NCBI GenBank assembly: GCA_947627155.1
Contig: CANQUX010000005.1
Location: 13,513-77,512 of the forward strand
DNA length: 64,000 nucleotides
Source: an uncultured Alphaproteobacteria bacterium
GTDB taxonomy: Bacteria; Pseudomonadota; Alphaproteobacteria; CAAHEQ01; UBA3637
Direction: 5' to 3'
The notes under the pieces were generated by a model. The model was not told the DNA's origin. It saw nothing but the letters and a program-made list of their open reading frames with translations, and searched no databases. A program made the translations under genes and the position numbers. Within the stretch, counting starts at the first letter, position 1. Each line of letters opens with the position of its first letter. Below, piece after piece: positions 58,261 through 64,000 of the stretch.

Positions 58261-58961
58261 TCAATCCCCCATAAATTATTTTTAATTCTTCGCATAAACT
58301 CTTTATGTTGTTCTTCCTCTTCCGGTGAAACAGGAAAAGGGCGCGGTTCATGATAGGTTAAATTGTCAGCTTTTAAAGTTACAGACACGGTCGACACCGG
58401 TTGATTTTCACCTTTTGTCTTTGTTTTTTCAGATAAAAAGTCCGGTTCTCTGCCTCCAACCAATTCCAAATAAACTTCAGCCAACAATTCACTGTCCAAC
58501 AAGGCACCGTGTTTTGTTCGAGACGAATTATCTATATGAAAACGTTTACATAATTCATCTAAATTCACTCGTGCTCCGGGAAACATTTTCCGTGCCATTA
58601 AAAGTGTATCCAAAACACGATCGGACGGAATAACCGATCGGTGACATCTGGCCAACTCGGCGTTAATAAATTTCATATCAAACCCAACGGCATTATGGGC
58701 AATTAAAACCGAATCTTCACCGATAAAATCTAAAAAATCATCAACAATTTCTTCAAATTTCGGCTTATCAGACAAAAATTCTTCCGTTAAACCGTGAACA
58801 GCAATAACTTCCTCGCTCATAGCACGATCGGGATTAATATAACATTGATAAGTTTTTCCCGTCGGAATATGATTGACCAATTCAATGCATCCGATATCAA
58901 CAATTCTGTCAAAATCAGGATTCAACCCTGTTGTTTCCGTATCAAAAACAATTTCTCTCAT
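58257..58961 (-). CDS. dnaQ: DNA polymerase III epsilon subunit (3'-5' exonuclease)
   Basis: Exo I motif FDTETTG. RBS-supported start MREIVFD at 58961. Confidence 0.85.
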   Translation of the reverse strand: MREIVFDTETTGLNPDFDRIVDIGCIELVNHIPTGKTYQCYINPDRAMSEEVIAVHGLTEEFLSDKPKFEEIVDDFLDFIGEDSVLIAHNAVGFDMKFINAELARCHRSVIPSDRVLDTLLMARKMFPGARVNLDELCKRFHIDNSSRTKHGALLDSELLAEVYLELVGGREPDFLSEKTKTKGENQPVSTVSVTLKADNLTYHEPRPFPVSPEEEEQHKEFMRRIKNNLWGIE

Positions 58962-59018
58962 TTTTTCCTCTTTTTTATACCATACAAAAATTTTTTTAAA
59001 GACGCAAGATTTTTTCGC

Positions 59019-59027
59019 TGTGGATAA
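59019..59027 (+). promoter_or_regulatory. Perfect DnaA box TGTGGATAA
   Basis: Exact consensus 9-mer. Confidence 0.6.
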
Positions 59028-59228
59028 TGTGAATTTTGAGGATAACTTATAAAAACACAAACAAAAGAGGTGAAGAGAAAAAAATTTATGCCGTTTCTTA
59101 AAAAAAAATTAAACAAACCTCCTTTCAAATAAGTTTAAAAAGAAAAAATACAGAAATTCTGACAAAGAATATCAAATTCAACGAGTCGGAAACAGATAAA
59201 AAAAGCTGTCAACAAAAATAAATTTTTT

Positions 59229-59237
59229 TTATCCACA
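59229..59237 (+). promoter_or_regulatory. Perfect DnaA box TTATCCACA, inverted relative to the box at 59019
   Basis: Exact consensus 9-mer in an AT-rich intergenic region. Confidence 0.6.
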
Positions 59238-59367
59238 TTATGCGCAGGGATAACTATCACTATTTTAATTTTTTTATAGGAACAGGAAATGAAAAAGTGG
59301 ATAAGTTTTGCTTGCAAAAAAATAAGGAACGTGATATATATTGCTTAACTTTTTATTGGAGGAAAAT

Positions 59368-60762
59368 ATGCTTTCTTTTTATAATACGGCAACTCATCAG
59401 AAGCAGGAATTTAAACCTGTTCGCGAAAATGAAGTTCGTTTTTACGGCTGCGGGCCGACAATCTATAACTATGCGCATATCGGTAATTTCAGAGCATATG
59501 TTTTTTATGATTTGATGAATCGTTATTTGCGTTATAAAGGTTTTAAAGTAACGTTTGCCATGAATTTAACCGATGTTGATGATAAAACCATTCGCGATTC
59601 GCGAGCCAAAGGAATTTCTTTACGTGCTTTTACCGATTTTTTTGCCGAAGCTTTCTTTAAAGATATAGAAGCCTTGCATATTCAAAAGCCGGATTATATT
59701 ATTCGAGCTACCGAAGAAATTGATGCCATGATTGAGTTGATTAATTTATTATTGGAAAAAGGATATGCCTATAAATCAAAAACGGGTGATATATTCTTTA
59801 AAATCAGTGCTTTTAAAGAATACGGACAAATGGCGGGTATACAATCTGCGCAATTGAAGGCAAATGCCGACGGTCGGTTGTCGGATGAATATGAAAAAGA
59901 AGATGTGAATGATTTTGCGTTATGGAAAGCATATACCGAAAAAGACGGTGATGTTTTTTGGGAGGCGCCGTTCGGAAAAGGGCGTCCGGGTTGGTCTTTG
60001 GAGTGTTCGGCCATGGCGCGTAAATATTTGGGACAACCGCTTGATATGCATTTGGGCGGTGTTGATTTAATTTTTCCGCATCACACAAATGAAATTGCTC
60101 AATCCGAGTGTGCTTACGGATGTAAATTCGTGAATTATTGGGTTCATAACGCACATTTAATGGTGAATGGTCAGAAAATGTCAAAATCAGCCCATAATTT
60201 TTACACGTTACGGGATTTAACCGATAAAGGATATTCACCGGAAGCCGTGCGATATGAATTGTTAAAGGCACATTATCGGGTGACAATGGATTTTAAAGAA
60301 GAAAATTTATCAGGAAATCAAACGGTTATTGATAAGTTTGTCAATTTAATTCATCGATTGGATGAACCCAAAGACGGGCAAGGTTGGCAAGATTGTGAGA
60401 AAGCGCTTGAAACGGTTGCAAATAAGTTTGAAACCGCGCTTGATGATGATTTAAATATGCCGATGGCGTTGGCCGCATTTTTTGATTTTACATCGGAAGT
60501 CAATAAAAACTTTAATAGTTTAACAACCGAACAAGCGAATAAAATCAAACAACAATTATTAAAGTTTGATACTGTTTTAGCTTTGTTGCCGAAACAAAAA
60601 GAGCAAAAATTAACGGCCGAACAGGAGGCTCTCATTCAAAAACGGCAGGAATATCGAGCCGCTAAAGATTGGGCGAATGCCGATGCCGTGAAAAAACAGT
60701 TGGCAGATATGGGTGTTTTTATTAAAGATACGCCGAACGGGCCTGTTTGGACAATCGGTTAG
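59368..60762 (+). CDS. cysS: Cysteine--tRNA ligase
   Basis: HIGN and KMSKS motifs. RBS GGAGGA precedes the ATG at 59368. Confidence 0.95.
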   Translation: MLSFYNTATHQKQEFKPVRENEVRFYGCGPTIYNYAHIGNFRAYVFYDLMNRYLRYKGFKVTFAMNLTDVDDKTIRDSRAKGISLRAFTDFFAEAFFKDIEALHIQKPDYIIRATEEIDAMIELINLLLEKGYAYKSKTGDIFFKISAFKEYGQMAGIQSAQLKANADGRLSDEYEKEDVNDFALWKAYTEKDGDVFWEAPFGKGRPGWSLECSAMARKYLGQPLDMHLGGVDLIFPHHTNEIAQSECAYGCKFVNYWVHNAHLMVNGQKMSKSAHNFYTLRDLTDKGYSPEAVRYELLKAHYRVTMDFKEENLSGNQTVIDKFVNLIHRLDEPKDGQGWQDCEKALETVANKFETALDDDLNMPMALAAFFDFTSEVNKNFNSLTTEQANKIKQQLLKFDTVLALLPKQKEQKLTAEQEALIQKRQEYRAAKDWANADAVKKQLADMGVFIKDTPNGPVWTIG

Positions 60763-61679
60763 TGAAAATCAAGTAAAAATTTTTCGGCACCCAGTGCGGC
60801 AATGCAACCGCTGCCGGCGGCAATAACGGCTTGCCGATATTTTTCCTCCTGCACATCACCGCATGCAAAAACGCCGGGAACAGATGTTTCCATGGTTCGC
60901 TTGTTTGTTTCGATATATCCGGCGGACGTGATTTGAAGCTGATCTTTCACCAAATCAATTTGCGGAACGGTGCCAACAGCTTCAAAAACGCCCTGTACGA
61001 ATAATTCATATTCTTGGTTTGTTTGTGTATTCTTCCACACCAGTTTTTCCAATCGTTCATTGCCTTGAAACGACAAAACATCGGCATTTTTATAAATAAC
61101 AATTTTTTCGTTTTGAAGAACTTGTTCCTGCAACAGTTTCTCGCCGGAAAAAACATCAAATTTATTTAATAAATAAACTTTATCGGCCACTTTTGATAAA
61201 AATAATGCTTCATATAAAGCCGTATTCCCGCCACCGATAACGGCAACCGTTTTTCGACGATAAAAAAAGCCGTCACAAGTGGCACAAACGGAAATGCCCG
61301 ATCCTTTAAACTTTTCTTCTCCCTCAACATTAAGCCATCTGGCCTTGGATCCGGTTGCAATAATCACGCTTTTTGCCGTTCCGCCGCCGGTTTCCGATTT
61401 AAAAGAAAAGGGATGTGTTTTTAAATTGATTTCGGTAATGATTTCATTAAAAATTGTTGTTCCGACCTGTTGATTTTGTTTGTGAAAAATATCGGTCAGT
61501 TCAATACCGGATATTTTATCAAAACCGGGAAAATTTTCAATTTCATGCGTGTAAATTAATTGTCCGCCGACATTCGGACCGGTAAAAAGGGTTGTATGTA
61601 AACCCGCGCGTGTTGCATAAAGACCTGCCGTATAACCGGCAGGCCCCGAACCGATAATAAGAACGTCTGTTTCAATCAT
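60759..61679 (-). CDS. trxB: Thioredoxin reductase
   Basis: FAD and NAD(P) binding motifs GSGPAGYTA and GGGNTA; redox-active site CATCDG. Confidence 0.9.
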   Translation of the reverse strand: MIETDVLIIGSGPAGYTAGLYATRAGLHTTLFTGPNVGGQLIYTHEIENFPGFDKISGIELTDIFHKQNQQVGTTIFNEIITEINLKTHPFSFKSETGGGTAKSVIIATGSKARWLNVEGEEKFKGSGISVCATCDGFFYRRKTVAVIGGGNTALYEALFLSKVADKVYLLNKFDVFSGEKLLQEQVLQNEKIVIYKNADVLSFQGNERLEKLVWKNTQTNQEYELFVQGVFEAVGTVPQIDLVKDQLQITSAGYIETNKRTMETSVPGVFACGDVQEEKYRQAVIAAGSGCIAALGAEKFLLDFH

Positions 61680-61709
61680 ATAAAGCCTCCTTTAAGGCTT
61701 TATATAGGA

Positions 61710-62186
61710 TTAAATAAATTGAACGTCCAGTATTTCGTAAGATTTTTCGCCTTTCGGTGTTTTAACATCAACAAAATCACCTTTTTGTTTACCGATTAAA
61801 GCATGTGCAATCGGAGAAAGCAGGGAAATATGCCCTTTTTCAAGATTTGCTTCGTATTTACCGACAATTTTATATGTATGTTCGGTACCGGTTTCCGAAT
61901 CCTCCAGTTTAACCGTTGATCCGAACAAAACTTTATCGCCGGATAAGGTTTTCACATCAATTACCTGGGCATGAGAAAGCGCGCTTTCCAATTCCATAAT
62001 GCGCCCTTCGTTAAAACTTTGTTGTTCACGCGCCGAGTGATATTCAGCATTTTCGGATAAATCGCCGTGGCCGCGGGCCTCTTCAATGGCCGCCACAATA
62101 CGCGGTCTTTCAACAAATTTTAATTTTTTTAATTCTTCCGTTAAATCGGCATATCCTTGAGTTGTCATCGGAATTTTTTCTTCCAT
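61710..62186 (-). CDS. greA: Transcription elongation factor GreA
   Basis: Typical GreA N-terminal coiled-coil and C-terminal FKBP-like domain. Confidence 0.9.
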   Translation of the reverse strand: MEEKIPMTTQGYADLTEELKKLKFVERPRIVAAIEEARGHGDLSENAEYHSAREQQSFNEGRIMELESALSHAQVIDVKTLSGDKVLFGSTVKLEDSETGTEHTYKIVGKYEANLEKGHISLLSPIAHALIGKQKGDFVDVKTPKGEKSYEILDVQFI

Positions 62187-62380
62187 GGTTATGTTCCTTT
62201 TCGGTTTGGTTTGAAAAATAAAACTACGGCTTTTTGAACCGTAGCGGTTACTGTTTTTTTTATTTTTATCATTATAATGGAAATAAAATAAAAAAGCAAG
62301 GTTATTTTTTTAAAAAAGGTATTGATTTTTTAAAAATGCTTTGTTATCCTGAAAAAAATTTTTTGAGTAAGGATTATTTT

Positions 62381-64000
62381 ATGCACGAACTTCATTCTCT
62401 TTTGGTTGATTTAACGTTAATTTCCGTTTATGCCGCCATTATTACATTGATTTTTAAAAAATTAAAACAACCGACTGTTTTAGGATATATTTTAGCGGGA
62501 ATTTTTGCCGGACCTTTTCTGGCGTTTTTACCGACGGTGACCGAAAAAGAAAATTTAACGATTTGGGCAGATATCGGCGTGATTTTTCTTTTGTTCGGTT
62601 TGGGGTTGGAATTTAGTTTTAAAAAAATGATGAATGTCGGAAAAGCTGCCATTATTACGGCAACATCCAATGTATTTTTTCTGTTGTTTTTAGGATATAA
62701 TACCGGTTTATTGCTCGGTTGGCCCACATCGGACAGTTTTTTTCTGGGCAGTATGATTTCCATGTCTTCAACAACAATCATCATTAAAGCGTTTGAAGAC
62801 TTAAACATTAAAAAACAACCGTTTACAAATCTTGTATTCGGTGTTTTGGTGGTGGAAGATTTAGTCGGTATTTTACTGTTGGTTTTGTTGCCGACCGTTG
62901 CTTTAAGTAATGCCATTAACGGTTCTGCTTTAATATTAAGCGCGTTAAAATTGGCCTTTTTCCTTGTTTTATGTTTTATTACGGGCATTTACCTTATTCC
63001 GACGTTTTTTAAAAAAATTCAAAATTATTTAAATGAAGAAATTTTGCTTTTGGTAACGTTGGCGCTTTGTTTTACCATGGTGTGGCTTGCCACGTCATTT
63101 GGTTTTTCATCGGCGTTAGGAGCCTTTATCATGGGATCGATTTTGGCAGAAACCGGTTGTGTCGAGAAAATTGAAAAAATCATTAAACCGTTAAAAGACT
63201 TTTTCGGTGCCGTCTTTTTTGTTTCGGTCGGTATGATGGTTAATCCGGCTATGTTTATACAATATGCTTATCCGATTTTAATGATTACTTTAATTGTGAT
63301 TTGCGGACAAATTTTCTTTTCCTGCATGGGATTTTTAATATCGGGGCAAAGTTTAAAAACAGCCGTTCAAGGTGGTTTTTCATTGGCACAAGTCGGTGAG
63401 TTTGCATTTATTATTGCTTCTCTCGGTATGAGTTTAGGAGTTATTAACGAACGGGTTTATCCGATTATTATTGCCGTTTCCGTTATCACAACGTTTTTAA
63501 CACCGATGATGATTAAAACCGCTATGCCGACATATCGGTTTTTATCTCGTATTTTGCCGGAAAAATGGTTGTTATTTTTGGAACAGAATACACAAAGCAA
63601 TCAAAGTACCAAACATGAGGAGCGGTTGTGGAATATATTGTTTAAAAATTATTTTATTCGATTTATTTTGTTTGTGATGATTAATTATGCTTTAATCGGT
63701 GTCGGAAAATATTTAATTAAACCGGGGGTTTACTTCTTATTGCCGAATGTGCCGGCACGGATTGTCGTAACCGGTTTAACGCTGATGATTATGGCGCCTT
63801 TTTTAAAAGCTTTACTGGGATGGGAAACATTGTTACCTCAAGCATTAAAAGAAAAGGTTCCGAATGCTTCTCTTATGAAAGAAGCGTTGTTTTCAAAATA
63901 TTTGAAACATCAACTTGTTCAAAAAGTTGAAGAAACAATTACCGAAAAAACCAATCTTTTAAATATGTTCAGCTTTCATAATCGCTTGGAAAAAATTTAT
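62381..64000 (+). CDS. Monovalent cation:proton antiporter (CPA2/KefB-like). Partial: the 3' end lies beyond the window end
   Basis: Uninterrupted hydrophobic ORF starting at ATG 62381 with an RBS. Absent from the ORF track because it has no stop codon within the window. Confidence 0.7.
   Translation, partial: MHELHSLLVDLTLISVYAAIITLIFKKLKQPTVLGYILAGIFAGPFLAFLPTVTEKENLTIWADIGVIFLLFGLGLEFSFKKMMNVGKAAIITATSNVFFLLFLGYNTGLLLGWPTSDSFFLGSMISMSSTTIIIKAFEDLNIKKQPFTNLVFGVLVVEDLVGILLLVLLPTVALSNAINGSALILSALKLAFFLVLCFITGIYLIPTFFKKIQNYLNEEILLLVTLALCFTMVWLATSFGFSSALGAFIMGSILAETGCVEKIEKIIKPLKDFFGAVFFVSVGMMVNPAMFIQYAYPILMITLIVICGQIFFSCMGFLISGQSLKTAVQGGFSLAQVGEFAFIIASLGMSLGVINERVYPIIIAVSVITTFLTPMMIKTAMPTYRFLSRILPEKWLLFLEQNTQSNQSTKHEERLWNILFKNYFIRFILFVMINYALIGVGKYLIKPGVYFLLPNVPARIVVTGLTLMIMAPFLKALLGWETLLPQALKEKVPNASLMKEALFSKYLKHQLVQKVEETITEKTNLLNMFSFHNRLEKIY

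Noticed and set aside
62428-62988. 186-aa minus-strand ORF
   Set aside because: It is antisense to the uninterrupted KefB-like antiporter ORF starting at 62381 (plus strand), which has an RBS and transporter-like hydrophobicity.
1-64000. CRISPR arrays, rRNA genes, IS elements or transposases
   Set aside because: No regularly spaced direct repeats, no rRNA-like conserved stretches, and no transposase-like ORFs were seen anywhere in the window.

Overview
This 64 kb window is a chromosomal segment from a Gram-negative bacterium with very AT-rich intergenic DNA. The ATP synthase F0 cluster is ordered atpI-atpB-atpE-atpF'-atpF with paired b/b' subunits, which suggests an alphaproteobacterium, most likely a symbiont-like lineage (inference).

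Most of the window is conserved housekeeping sequence:
- ATP synthase F0 genes
- a DsbA-like protein, a BI-1/YccA protein and LpxC
- an M23 peptidase
- the rimP-nusA-ylxR-infB-rbfA operon
- HtpG
- the anaerobic ribonucleotide reductase genes nrdD and nrdG
- DnaA, an Hsp20, and tRNA-Gly(CCC)
- dut, an AsmA-like protein, the PiT/DUF47 phosphate-transporter pair, prfB (with its programmed +1 frameshift) and PBP1A
- miaA, an LptE-like lipoprotein and holA
- parB, parA and rsmG
- dnaQ, cysS, trxB, greA and a KefB-like antiporter

Three accessory features stand out.

1. A four-member paralogous family of large modular type-IV-pilin-like proteins lies in two loci (1..3098 and 46759..50669). Each has a prepilin-type N-terminus (G|RSMIEM with Glu+5), Cys-rich repeats, and a C-terminal C-type-lectin-like or vWA module. 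All four genes are preceded by a near-identical ~200 bp leader bounded by 20 bp inverted repeats, and the paralogs are mosaic. A GC-rich, ~340 nt structured repeat occurs twice (about 93% identical) next to these leaders.

2. A tightly coupled minus-strand operon spans 41860..46525. It encodes a membrane protein, a VirD4/TraG-type coupling protein, an HNH-like nuclease (candidate toxin) and a SUKH/SMI1-KNR4 immunity-like protein. It sits in a putative island bounded by tRNA-Ser(GCU) and a mazEF toxin-antitoxin pair.

3. tRNA-Gly is followed by a serine recombinase, and the adjacent gene carries a C12 homopolymeric tract in its 5' coding region (candidate phase variation).

Other notable points are a PilT-family ATPase with a Pro-rich N-terminal extension, an NrdD whose glycyl-radical domain appears to be a separate 62-aa ORF, and a candidate oriC in the dnaQ-cysS intergenic region (inverted perfect DnaA boxes, next to parAB-rsmG).
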